A stretch of DNA of 63,911 bases. Origin: Gaiellaceae bacterium (GTDB taxonomy: Bacteria; Actinomycetota; Thermoleophilia; Gaiellales; Gaiellaceae). The notes under the pieces were generated by a model. The model was not told the DNA's origin, did not search any database, and saw only the letters and a list, made by a program, of their open reading frames with translations. The DNA lies in assembly GCA_036518855.1 (NCBI GenBank), contig DATDMJ010000109.1, positions 1-63,911 of the forward strand, read 5' to 3'. The position numbers and the translations under genes are program-made. Each line of letters starts with the position of its first letter. Within the stretch, counting starts at the first letter, position 1. Below, piece by piece: positions 42,665 to 51,574 of this stretch.

Positions 42665-43924
42665 CTACCGCGCTTGGGCCAGGGTCGGCGCCCACGCGGC
42701 CAGCGGGGAGACGTCCCCGCCGCGGCCGTTCAGGTTGCGGTACCCCAGGGCGTGCTCGGCCTGCATCAGCTTGTGGATCTGCGTCGTGCCCTCGTAGATG
42801 ATCGGCGCCCGCGCGTTGCGGAAGTAGCGCTCGATCCCGTACTCCGCGGAGTAGCCGTACGCGCCGTGAACCTGGATCGCGAGGTGCGCCGCCCGGAACG
42901 CCGACTCCGTCGCGTGCCACTTCGCGAGCGATGTCTCGCGCGTGTTGCGCCGGCCCTCGTTCTTGAGCCACGCCGCCTGCATCACGAGGAGCTTCGACGT
43001 CTCGTAGCCGAGCACCATCTCCGCGATCATGTCCTGCACGAACTGGTACTTGCCGATCGCCTGCCCGAACGTCTCCCGCTCGCGCGCGTACTCGACCGAC
43101 CGCTCCAGGCAAGCTCGGATCACTCCGCACGCACCGGCCGCGACCGTGAATCGCCCCTGGTCGAGCCCGTACATCGCGATCTCGAAGCCCTGACCCTCCT
43201 CGCCGACGAGGTTCTCGGCCGGCACCTCCACGTTCTCGAAGAACAGCTCGCCCGTCGACCCGGCCCAGACTCCGAGCTTGTTCTCGGTCTCGCGCGTCGA
43301 GACTCCCGGCCACTCGCGCTCGACGATGAACGCCGAGATCCCCTTGTGCCGCGCCTCGGGGTCGGTCTTCGCGAACACGAGCTGGTGGTCGGCGACGGCC
43401 GCATAGGAGATCCAGTTCTTCTGGCCGTTCAGCACGTATGAATCGCCCTCGCGCCGCGCAGTGGTCCGCATCGACGCGACATCCGAGCCCGCAGCCGGCT
43501 CCGTCAGCCCGAAGCATGCGAGCTTCTCGCCGCGAGCCTGTGGCGCGAGATACCGCTGCTTCTGCTCCTCGCTCGCGTACCGAAGGAGCGATAGCGAGTT
43601 CAGCCCCACGTGCACGGAGATCAGCGTCCGGAACGCCGCCTCGCCGCGCTCGATCTCCTCGCAGGAAAGCGCCTCGGCCACGAAGTCGAGCCCGGCGCCG
43701 CCGTACTCCTCCGGAATCACGATCCCGAGCAGCCCGAGCTCGGCCATTCCCGAGATGACGTCCATGTCGAGCCGGTGCTCGAGGTCGTTCTCGATCGCGT
43801 TCGGGAGCACCCGCTCGTCGACGAACGAGCGCACGGTCTCCTGAATGAGGCGCTGCTCCTCGGTAAGGTCGAATTCCACGGCGCAAGTGTACGGACGCGA
43901 GGACGCGAATTCGCCCCTGAGCAT
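42665..43924 (-). CDS. Acyl-CoA dehydrogenase
   Basis: 419 aa; ...GLTEPAAGSD..., C-terminal YEGTTQIH. An alternative GTG start at 43879 (VEFDLTEEQ...) would fit family N-termini better. Confidence 0.93.
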   Translation of the reverse strand: MLRGEFASSRPYTCAVEFDLTEEQRLIQETVRSFVDERVLPNAIENDLEHRLDMDVISGMAELGLLGIVIPEEYGGAGLDFVAEALSCEEIERGEAAFRTLISVHVGLNSLSLLRYASEEQKQRYLAPQARGEKLACFGLTEPAAGSDVASMRTTARREGDSYVLNGQKNWISYAAVADHQLVFAKTDPEARHKGISAFIVEREWPGVSTRETENKLGVWAGSTGELFFENVEVPAENLVGEEGQGFEIAMYGLDQGRFTVAAGACGVIRACLERSVEYARERETFGQAIGKYQFVQDMIAEMVLGYETSKLLVMQAAWLKNEGRRNTRETSLAKWHATESAFRAAHLAIQVHGAYGYSAEYGIERYFRNARAPIIYEGTTQIHKLMQAEHALGYRNLNGRGGDVSPLAAWAPTLAQAR

Positions 43925-45788
43925 CGGCCAGCTCGCGCCGGGGCTCGTGGCGGGCCTGGCCGTGGCGGCGCTCGCAGCCGACGGGGGCGGCTACGACCCG
44001 ACGACCTGGGGCTGGAGCGCCGTGGCCCTGCTGCTCGTCACCGCAGGCTGTCTTCTCGTCGGCAGCCGCCGGCTGGCGACCCTGGAGTGGGCGTTTCCCG
44101 CGGCCCTGGCAGCTCTCGGGGGTTGGGTCTGGCTCTCGCTTGCCTGGTCTCTGGATTTCGCGCAGACGGTCGAGGAAGGGGAGCGCATGCTGCTCTACGT
44201 CGCAGGCGCCGCCGGGCTGCTGCTGCTCGGACGCCGCTCTCGCGTCGAGCTGCTCCTCGGATCGCTCGGGACGGCGATCACCGCCGTCTGCGCGTACGCG
44301 CTCGCGACGCGTTTGCTCACGCCCGGCCGAGGCGCGTACCAGGTCCTCTCGGCCGATCCCCAGGCGAGCTTCCGGCTCGCGCGCCCGCTGGGCTACGCGA
44401 ACGCGCTCGCGATCTTCGCGGCGCTCGGGATGCTGCTCGCCCTCGGATTCGCGCTTCGTGGGCGCACGCTCCTGGCCCGGGCGCTCGGCTCGGCAGCTCT
44501 GGTCGTCCTCGCGCCGACGCTCTATTTCACCTATGGGCGAGGAGCCTGGCTTGCGCTCGCAGCCGGGCTCCTCTCGCTGCTTGCGCTCGAGCATGATCGG
44601 CTCGGCGTCCTCGGGAAGCTGCTCGCGCTCGGAGTCGCCCCGGCGATCGCCGTCGTGCTCGCTTCGACGACCCATGCGCTGACGAGCCAGCCCGGCTCGG
44701 TGGCTGCCGCGCGGCACGACGGGCATCTTCTGGCCGTTGCGATCGTCCTCCTTGCAGCCGCCGCGGCACTCGTGCCGGTCGGGCTCGACCGCCTCGAGTC
44801 AAGAGTCGCCCTCGGCCGTTCTTCGAAGCGCGCGCTCGTCCTTGCCGTGGTCGTGGCCGGCGCTGCCGTCGTCGGTGGGGGCCTGGTACGCGTCGGCGGC
44901 CCCGGCGGCGCGATTCACCGCGCCTATCACGCGTTCAACGCTCCCGCGCCGCTCGTCAAGACGAACGAGAGCCGGCGGCTCTTCAGCCTCTCCGGGAGCA
45001 GTCGTTCCGAGTACTGGCGCGTTGCGTGGCGAGCGTACGAGGCGCATCCCTGGCTGGGGGCGGGAGCCGGGAGCTATCAACGGTTCTGGCTCCGTCACCG
45101 GCGCGAGGCCCTTCCCGTGCTGGACGCGCACAGCCTCTACCTCGAGACGCTTGCCGAGCTGGGCCCGTTCGGGCTCTTGCTGTTGCTCGGGGCGCTCGCG
45201 GTGCCGCTGGCAGCGGTGCGCGCAGCCCGTCGGCATCCGCTGGCCTCGGCTGCGCTCGGTGCGTACGTCGCCTTCCTCGTGCACGCCGGGATCGACTGGG
45301 ACTGGGAGATGCCTGCGGTCACGCTGGCGGCGCTGGCCTGCGGCGTCGCGCTGCTGCTCGCGGCTCGAGGCGCCGACCCGGCCCCGCTCGGCCGCACCGC
45401 GCGCTCACTCGGAGTGGCGCTCGCGGGCGTTCTGTGCCTCGCCGCGATCGTGGGCTTCGTCGGAAACCAGAGCGCCGCCTCCGCTTCCGACGCGTTGGAT
45501 GCGGAGCATCTGAGCACCGCGGCGAGCGATGCCGCGCGAGCGCGCCGCTGGGAGCCGTGGTCTCCGGAGCCCTGGCGCCTGGCCGGCGAGGCCCAGCTTC
45601 AGGCAGGCGAAGTCGCACAGGCGCGAACGAGCTTCCTACGCGGCCTCGAGCAGGACGACCGCGACTGGGAGCTCTGGCTCGATCTCGCGCTCGCGAGCCG
45701 CGGTTCCGAGCGCCAGCACGCCCTCGACCGAGTCGCGCAGCTCAATCCGCTGAGCAGCGAGCTCCGCGCCCTTCGCGGCTCCCGTTAA
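43845..45788 (+). CDS. O-antigen ligase/polymerase-like polytopic membrane protein with C-terminal TPR-like region
   Basis: 647-aa ORF; many TM helices; ...EYWRVAWRAYEAHPWLGAGAGSY...HSLYLETLAELG (Wzy_C-like). The start is probably downstream (GTG 43887 or 43947) to avoid overlap with the divergent dehydrogenase gene. Confidence 0.8.
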   Translation: MRRCSSVRSNSTAQVYGREDANSPLSIGQLAPGLVAGLAVAALAADGGGYDPTTWGWSAVALLLVTAGCLLVGSRRLATLEWAFPAALAALGGWVWLSLAWSLDFAQTVEEGERMLLYVAGAAGLLLLGRRSRVELLLGSLGTAITAVCAYALATRLLTPGRGAYQVLSADPQASFRLARPLGYANALAIFAALGMLLALGFALRGRTLLARALGSAALVVLAPTLYFTYGRGAWLALAAGLLSLLALEHDRLGVLGKLLALGVAPAIAVVLASTTHALTSQPGSVAAARHDGHLLAVAIVLLAAAAALVPVGLDRLESRVALGRSSKRALVLAVVVAGAAVVGGGLVRVGGPGGAIHRAYHAFNAPAPLVKTNESRRLFSLSGSSRSEYWRVAWRAYEAHPWLGAGAGSYQRFWLRHRREALPVLDAHSLYLETLAELGPFGLLLLLGALAVPLAAVRAARRHPLASAALGAYVAFLVHAGIDWDWEMPAVTLAALACGVALLLAARGADPAPLGRTARSLGVALAGVLCLAAIVGFVGNQSAASASDALDAEHLSTAASDAARARRWEPWSPEPWRLAGEAQLQAGEVAQARTSFLRGLEQDDRDWELWLDLALASRGSERQHALDRVAQLNPLSSELRALRGSR

Positions 45789-45876
45789 GCATCCGGAGCA
45801 GAGTGCAAGGTTGGCGGATGCCAGGTATCTGCTTGCGGAAGGCCCCGTGAGATCCCTACCCCTAGGGGGGTTGCGT

Positions 45877-46542
45877 ATGAAGAGCTGGAAGACGTCAGGG
45901 CGCGCCCGCTTGATCGTCGCTGCAGCGGCGGTCGGCGTGTTCGCGTCCCTCGGAGGCGTCGGCTACGCCGCTGGGCTCGTGCACTTTGCCCATTCCTCGG
46001 CCACCGACGCCCAGTACCCGCCGTCGAAGGTGACCATCTGTCACCACACCCATTCGCAGAAGAACCCGTTCGTGACGATCACCGTGTCCGTCCACGCGCT
46101 TCCCGCGCACCTCGGGCACGGCGACACGATCGGGGCCTGCTCGCAGGGGACGACCGGTCCCACCGGGCCGACTGGAGCCCAGGGTGTGCTCCCGGCCAAG
46201 GTGGCCGTCGCGAAGCATGTGAGCCACGGACACCATGGCGACAAGAGCCAGGGCCACGCCGCGAAGGGCGCGTCCGGCAAGAGTGACCACGGAAGCCAGG
46301 GTCACGGCCAGGGCCACGCCTACGGCCACACCAAGACCCACGACCAGGGCCATGGAAAAGGTCACGGCAGCCAGGGCCACGGCCAGGGCAAGGCCCACGG
46401 CCAGGGACACGGCCAGGGCCAGAACCACGGCCACGGCAACGGCCAGGGTCACGGCCAGGGCCAGGGCCAGGGTCACGGCCACGGGTCGGGCGGTGGCAAC
46501 GGAAACTCCGGCGGCGGAAAGGGCAACGGCCACAAGCCGTAA
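45877..46542 (+). CDS. Secreted histidine/glycine/glutamine-rich repeat protein (putative metal-binding)
   Basis: ATG 45877 after GGGGGG. Signal peptide MKSWKTSGRARLIVAAAAVGVFASLGG, then a Cys/His module (VTICHHTHSQKNPFVTITVSVHALPAHLGHGDTIGAC). The last ~110 aa are dominated by HGQG/HGKG/HGHG units. Confidence 0.8.
   Translation: MKSWKTSGRARLIVAAAAVGVFASLGGVGYAAGLVHFAHSSATDAQYPPSKVTICHHTHSQKNPFVTITVSVHALPAHLGHGDTIGACSQGTTGPTGPTGAQGVLPAKVAVAKHVSHGHHGDKSQGHAAKGASGKSDHGSQGHGQGHAYGHTKTHDQGHGKGHGSQGHGQGKAHGQGHGQGQNHGHGNGQGHGQGQGQGHGHGSGGGNGNSGGGKGNGHKP
46288..46490 (+). repeat. In-frame short tandem repeats (GGCCACGGCCAGGGC-like) encoding HGQG units
   Basis: Translation GSQGHGQGHAYGH...GHGKGHGSQGHGQGKAHGQGHGQGQNHGHGNGQGHGQGQGQGHGHG. 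Confidence 0.9.
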
Positions 46543-46566
46543 GCCACGTCGCCGAGTAGCAGTACC

Positions 46567-46594
46567 GAGAGAGCCCCGGACACGGGGCTCTCTC
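46567..46594 (+). terminator. Hairpin GAGAGAGCCCCG-gaca-CGGGGCTCTCTC after the His-rich gene
   Basis: Perfect 12-bp stem with tetraloop, 25 nt after the stop; weak T tract (GTT). Confidence 0.6.
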
Positions 46595-46610
46595 GTTAAG
46601 GTCGCCGGGG

Positions 46611-47639
46611 ATGTCCGCCTCGACCAGCTACTCGCGCTTCCGCGGAATGCCGCTCGAGATCGACGGCTACGAGCTCGAGCGGCTCGAGAAACCCGTGACC
46701 CGGGGCTTCACCCGCGTCAACACGCTGGTGCACCTCCGCGGCGGCGGCGAGGAAGGGCTCGGCGAGGACGTCACCTGGCAGGCCGAGCACCACGATCGCG
46801 AGCAGGCCGCGGGCGCCGTCCTGCCGCTTGCAGGCTCGTGGACGCTCGAGTCGTTCTCCGACGCGCTCGAGATGCCCGACCCGCACCGGCGCTGGGCCTA
46901 CGAGAGCGCCGCTCTCGACCTCGCGTTGCGCCAGGCGGGTGAGACGCTCGCCCAGGCAGTTGGCCGCGAGCCGCGGCCGGTCACGTTCGTCGTTTCGCCG
47001 GGCCTGGGCGACCCGCCGACCGCCCGGACGGTCCTCCGCTGGCTCGAGATCGATCCGACGGCTCGCTTCAAGCTCGACCCGGGCACGGCCTGGACCGACG
47101 AGCTGATCGCCGAGCTCTCGGGAACGCGTGCGGTCGTCACCGCCGACTACAAGGGCTTCTACATCGACCAGGACCCGCCGCCTGACGCAGAGCTCTACCG
47201 GCGCGTCGCCGAAGGCTTCCCCGAGGCGTACCTCGAGGACCCGGCGCTCACCGACGAGACGGAGCTCGCGCTCGAGCCGCACAAAGAGCGCGTGACGTGG
47301 GACGCGCCGATCCACTCCGTCGAGGACGTCGAGCAGCTTCCGTTCCCGCCTCGCGTGCTCAACTCCAAGCCGTCCCGCTTCGGCCGCCTTCAAGAGCTGC
47401 TCGCCTTCTACGACCACTGCGAGCGGCACGGGATCGCGCTCTACGGCGGCGGCATGTTCGAGCTCGGGCCCGGCCGCGGCCAGATCCAGTACCTCGCCTC
47501 GCTCTTCCACCCGGACGGGCCGAACGACGTCGCGCCGGGCGCGTACAACGATCCCGAGCCGACCCCCGGCCTCCCGCCGAGCCCGCTCGATCCCGCGCCG
47601 GCCGCCACCGGCTTCCGCTGGGGCTTCCCGGACGCTTAA
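46611..47639 (+). CDS. Divergent enolase-superfamily (MR/MLE-like) protein
   Basis: 342 aa; pattern FKLDPG ... YLEDP ... WDAPI ... NSKPSRFG ... YGGGMFELGPGRGQIQYLASL resembles the barrel metal-ligand/base strands of MR/MLE enzymes. Judged by eye only. Confidence 0.55.
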   Translation: MSASTSYSRFRGMPLEIDGYELERLEKPVTRGFTRVNTLVHLRGGGEEGLGEDVTWQAEHHDREQAAGAVLPLAGSWTLESFSDALEMPDPHRRWAYESAALDLALRQAGETLAQAVGREPRPVTFVVSPGLGDPPTARTVLRWLEIDPTARFKLDPGTAWTDELIAELSGTRAVVTADYKGFYIDQDPPPDAELYRRVAEGFPEAYLEDPALTDETELALEPHKERVTWDAPIHSVEDVEQLPFPPRVLNSKPSRFGRLQELLAFYDHCERHGIALYGGGMFELGPGRGQIQYLASLFHPDGPNDVAPGAYNDPEPTPGLPPSPLDPAPAATGFRWGFPDA

Positions 47640-47687
47640 AGCCGCCGCAACGCCTGCTTAACGCCCGCGGCGTAGAACCAAGAGCGA

Positions 47688-48623
47688 GTGATCGAAGCTC
47701 AGAGACCGCTTGCGCTCGCGGCCCTTGCTGCCGCGATCGCGCTGTTCCTCGGCGTCGGCCTCATGGGCCTCTACCGCTACGTCGACTCCTACTGGCTCTA
47801 CCGCGGCTTCCCGCCCCCGCACGACCCCGCGTTCGTCCGCCAGCAGGGGACGACCGAGACGATCAAGGTCAAGAGCGCGGCGATCGGCGGGCGCACCGAG
47901 CCCGTCGTCGTCTATCTGCCACCGGGCTACGACCCGACCGGAACGACGCGCTACCCGGTGCTCTACCTCCTGCACGGCTTCCCGGGCGACCCGCAGGGCT
48001 TCGTGCGCACGATCCGCGTCGGCGTCGTCGAGGACACGCTGCTGGCCGAGAACAAGGTCAAGCCGATGATCATCGCGATGCCGATGGGCTCGACCGGAGT
48101 CTTCACGGACGAGGAATGGGCCAACGGGATCCACCCGCACAGCGGCTGGGAGACGTTTCTCGCGCGAGACGTGGTGCGCGCGATCGACCGGCAGTTCCGG
48201 ACGATCCGGAGCGGGGCCGGCCGCGCGCTCGGCGGGCTCTCGGAAGGCGGCTACGCCTCGCTCAACATCGGCCTGCACCGCCCCTCGGAGTTCCGCGTCC
48301 TCGAGAGCTGGTCGGGCTACGAGAAGGCGGACAACGTCAAGTCGATCTTCGGAGGACGACCGCAGCTCCTGGCCCGCAACAGCCCGCTCTCCACGCTGCC
48401 GAAGGTCGCTTCGAAGCTCCGCCGTGAGCGCGCGTTCGTCTGGTTCTACACGGGCAGCGAGGACCGGGACAAGCGGCAGAACGCGCGCTTCGCGGCGGAG
48501 CTGACGCGCTTCCGCGTCGCGCACCGCTTCTTCCTCAGCGACGGCGGCCACACCTGGCGGATCTGGCGCGACAACGCCTGGGCCGCGGTCGAGGTCGCCT
48601 CGGCCCACCTCGCGCATGGTTAG
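47688..48623 (+). CDS. Membrane-anchored esterase (esterase D / putative-esterase family alpha/beta hydrolase)
   Basis: 311 aa; N-terminal TM; YPVLYLLHGFPGDP and GLSEGGYASL nucleophile motif. Confidence 0.85.
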   Translation: MIEAQRPLALAALAAAIALFLGVGLMGLYRYVDSYWLYRGFPPPHDPAFVRQQGTTETIKVKSAAIGGRTEPVVVYLPPGYDPTGTTRYPVLYLLHGFPGDPQGFVRTIRVGVVEDTLLAENKVKPMIIAMPMGSTGVFTDEEWANGIHPHSGWETFLARDVVRAIDRQFRTIRSGAGRALGGLSEGGYASLNIGLHRPSEFRVLESWSGYEKADNVKSIFGGRPQLLARNSPLSTLPKVASKLRRERAFVWFYTGSEDRDKRQNARFAAELTRFRVAHRFFLSDGGHTWRIWRDNAWAAVEVASAHLAHG

Positions 48624-50700
48624 GGCGCTCCGCAACGGCGGGCTCACGATCGCCGCGCTCCTGGTCCTGTTCGCCGCGAGCGGCTGGCTTTACCTCGTCC
48701 GGCCGCAGGTCGGCGCCGTCGGGCCGCAGCTTCCGCTCGCCCTGCCCCTCGACGAGCTCGCGAACCGGGCCGCGCTGCCGCTGCTCGTCTTCCTCGCGGT
48801 CTGGGGTTCGGCGGGCTTGATCCTGGGGATGCTCGCGCGCGGCGCGAGGCTCGAGCGGCTCACCGCGGCGCTCGTGCTCGCGGTCGGTGTCGGGACGTTC
48901 GAGTTTCTCGCGCTGGGCGTGTCGCTCGCGATCGTCCGCCAGGTGCCGCTGCACGAGGCGTTCCACTCCGCGGGATCCGCGCGGGTGGTCTACGCGCCGG
49001 CCGTGCTCGCGGGCCTCGGCGGAGCCATCTGCGGGCGCGCGCGCATGAGCGCCCGCTCGCGGATGCCGCTCGTGCTCGCCTGGGGCGTGGCGGCGGCCGG
49101 AGCGCTCGGCCTCGTCGATGCGCTGCTGCCTTCCAACGACGGCGGTCTCCTGTCGTCTCTTGCACCGGTCGCGGTGAAGCCGGTCACGAGCGCGCTCGTC
49201 GGCCCGCTCGCGCTCGCCCTGCTCGTCACCGCCCGCGGGCTCGCCCGCCGGAAGCGGCGCGCGTGGCAGGTCGCGCTCGTCCTTCTCGGCGGCTCGACGG
49301 TGCTGCACGTGCTGCACGGCTTCCACGCGGGAGCGGCTGCGACGGCGCTGCTCGCCGTGGGCCTCGTCGCGCACCGGCACCAGTTCGACGCGCCGGGTGA
49401 CCCGACGTCGAGGCCGCGCGTCGCGCTGCGCGCCGCGCTCATCGCGGCGGCGATCTTCCTCTACGGCGCGCTCGCGCTCTGGCTGAACCAGATCGTGATC
49501 GACCAGCCCGTCTCCCTCGGGTTGATCGCGCGCGAGACGGGCGCGGCGCTCGTCGGCCTTCGGCTGCAGGGAACGGCGCACGTCGCGTCGAGCGTCGCCT
49601 CGTGGTTCCCGCTGTCCGTGTTCCTGGCCGGCCTGGCCGGAGGCGCGTGGCTCCTGTTCGCGTGGATCGGGCCTTGGCGCTACCGCCAGCGCCAGGAGGC
49701 GCGCGAGCGGGCGCTCGCCCGAACGCTCGTGGCCGCCTGGGGCGCCGACACCCTGGCGCCGTTCGTTCTGCGCGCGGACAAGTCCTACTTCTTCTCGGAG
49801 GACGACCGGGCCTTCTTGGCCTACCGGGTCGTCGGAGGCGTGGCAATCGTTTCCGGCGACCCGGTCGGTCCGGCCTCGCAGCACGGCCTGCTCCTCGACC
49901 GTTTCATCGCCTTCGCCCGCGAGCGAGGCTGGCGGCTCGCGATTCTCGGTGCCTCGGAGTCCTGTCTCGGCCTGTACCGGGAGCGCGGGCTCCACGCGAT
50001 CTACCACGGCGACGAGGCCGTGGTCGAGACGGCCGCCTTCTCGCTCGAGGGCAGGCCGATCCGGAAGGTGCGGCAGTCGGTGCATCGACTGCAGCGCGCG
50101 GGCTATCGCGCGGACGTCCTGCGGCCCCGCGAGATCGACTCGGCCCTGCGGGACGAGCTCGAGGCGCTTGCACGCGAGTGGCGGGGGAGAGAGCCGGAGC
50201 GCGGCTTCGTGATGGCGCTCGACGCGCTGTTCCGCCTCGGAGACGAAGATGCGGTGTTCGTCGTCGGTCGCGGGCCGGGCGGCGCTCCGGCCGGTTTCCT
50301 GCACTTCGCGGTCTGCCCGGCGGGCTCGGCGCTCTCCCTCTCGTCGATGCCGCGCCTGCGCTCGACGCCGAACGGGTTCAACGAGTGGTTGATCTGCGAG
50401 TCGGTGGACTGGGCGCGCGAGCACGGCTTCGAGCGGATCTCGCTGAACTTCGCGCCGTTCGCGGCGCTCCTCTCTCCGGAGGCCCAGCTTTCCCGGCTGC
50501 AGCGGCTCGAGCGGCGCGCGCTGCTCGGTCTCAAGGGACACTTCCAGCTCGACAACCTGCTGCTCTTCAACCGCAAGTTCTTCCCCGAATGGCAGCGGCG
50601 CTTCGTCGTCTACGAGCGGCGGCTCGACCTCCCGCGCGTCGGGATCGCCGCGCTCGCCGCGGAGGCGTACCTGCCCTTCGCCGGGCGCAACGGACGATGA
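48616..50700 (+). CDS. mprF: MprF/LysX-like aminoacyl-phosphatidylglycerol synthase (membrane domain + DUF2156 transferase domain)
   Basis: 694 aa; polytopic N-terminal half; C-terminal ...FLAYRVVGGVAIVSGDPVGP...FVMALD...NGFNEWLI...SLNFAPF...LLLFNRKFFPEWQRRFVVYE. 8-nt overlap with the esterase gene. Confidence 0.86.
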   Translation: MVRALRNGGLTIAALLVLFAASGWLYLVRPQVGAVGPQLPLALPLDELANRAALPLLVFLAVWGSAGLILGMLARGARLERLTAALVLAVGVGTFEFLALGVSLAIVRQVPLHEAFHSAGSARVVYAPAVLAGLGGAICGRARMSARSRMPLVLAWGVAAAGALGLVDALLPSNDGGLLSSLAPVAVKPVTSALVGPLALALLVTARGLARRKRRAWQVALVLLGGSTVLHVLHGFHAGAAATALLAVGLVAHRHQFDAPGDPTSRPRVALRAALIAAAIFLYGALALWLNQIVIDQPVSLGLIARETGAALVGLRLQGTAHVASSVASWFPLSVFLAGLAGGAWLLFAWIGPWRYRQRQEARERALARTLVAAWGADTLAPFVLRADKSYFFSEDDRAFLAYRVVGGVAIVSGDPVGPASQHGLLLDRFIAFARERGWRLAILGASESCLGLYRERGLHAIYHGDEAVVETAAFSLEGRPIRKVRQSVHRLQRAGYRADVLRPREIDSALRDELEALAREWRGREPERGFVMALDALFRLGDEDAVFVVGRGPGGAPAGFLHFAVCPAGSALSLSSMPRLRSTPNGFNEWLICESVDWAREHGFERISLNFAPFAALLSPEAQLSRLQRLERRALLGLKGHFQLDNLLLFNRKFFPEWQRRFVVYERRLDLPRVGIAALAAEAYLPFAGRNGR

Positions 50701-51551
50701 CCCCGAGCCTGCTGGCCGGCCTCGGGCTTGCGCTTGCCTCCGCCGGCGCGCTCAACTGGGGGTTCTTCACGCAGCACGGCGCCGCGTCGGCGCTGCCGCC
50801 GCTGTCAGTGCGCCGGCCGGTGCGCTCCCTGCGCCTGCTCTTCGCGGAGCCGCGGTGGCTGCTCGGCTTCGTGGTCGGCCTCGCGGGCTGGGCGTTGTAC
50901 GTGGGCGCGCTCGCGCTCGCCCCGCTCTCGCTCGTGCAGGCGGTCTCGGCGGGCGGGATCGGGCTCCTGGCGCTGCTGGTCTCGCGCGAGACGGGGCTCG
51001 CGCCGTGGGAGCGTCGCGGCGTGGCCGTCTCGATCGCGGGGCTCGTGCTGCTCGCCGCGTCGCTCTCGGGGCAGAGCCAGGGCTCGCACGGCTCGGCGTG
51101 GGCGGTCGCGGTGTGGGTCTCCGTCTCTCTCGGCGCGGCGCTCGCCGCGGGGCTGACCCGGACAGCGGCCGGGCTCGGCCTGGCCGCTGGAATCCTCTAC
51201 GCGGCCGGCGACGTCGCCACGAAGGCCGCCGTGCCGGGCGGCTCGAGGCTCGCGTTCGTTCCCGTCCTCCTCGCGTGCCACGGGCTCGCGTTCGTAGCGC
51301 TACAGCTTGGCTTCCAGCGAGGCGGCGCCCTGGCGACGGTGGGCGTCGCGACGTTGTTCACGAACGCGCTCCCGATCGCTGCCGGGACGACGCTGTTCGG
51401 CGAGGGGCTGGGCCCGCTGCCGGCGGTGCGCCTGCTCGCCTTCGCCTGCACCGTCGCCGGCGCGACGCTGCTCACGCAGACGGAGCGTCGGGAGCGCGAG
51501 CCCGCCCAGGGTATCCCTCCGGCGCGGGGCGGCTACCATTTGACTGACTAG
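50697..51551 (+). CDS. Polytopic membrane protein (possibly DMT/EamA-like)
   Basis: ATGA overlap with the mprF-like stop; 284 aa, about 9-10 hydrophobic helices. Tail of ORF 49602..51551. Confidence 0.6.
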   Translation: MTPSLLAGLGLALASAGALNWGFFTQHGAASALPPLSVRRPVRSLRLLFAEPRWLLGFVVGLAGWALYVGALALAPLSLVQAVSAGGIGLLALLVSRETGLAPWERRGVAVSIAGLVLLAASLSGQSQGSHGSAWAVAVWVSVSLGAALAAGLTRTAAGLGLAAGILYAAGDVATKAAVPGGSRLAFVPVLLACHGLAFVALQLGFQRGGALATVGVATLFTNALPIAAGTTLFGEGLGPLPAVRLLAFACTVAGATLLTQTERREREPAQGIPPARGGYHLTD

Positions 51552-51555
51552 TCAA
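51540..51555. promoter_or_regulatory. Palindrome TTGACT-gact-AGTCAA 20 nt upstream of acyl-CoA dehydrogenase start
   Basis: 6-bp perfect arms, AT-richer than the surroundings; overlaps the stop of the preceding gene. Confidence 0.3.
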
Positions 51556-51574
51556 TCAAGGAGCGGCGGGCGGC

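Noticed and set aside
43866-43910. Two GAATTC-centred palindromes (TCGAATTCCA, GCGAATTCGC) between the acyl-CoA dehydrogenase and O-antigen-ligase-like genes as an operator pair
   Set aside because: The arms are short and non-identical, and both may lie within the coding 5' ends depending on start choice. The evidence is insufficient.
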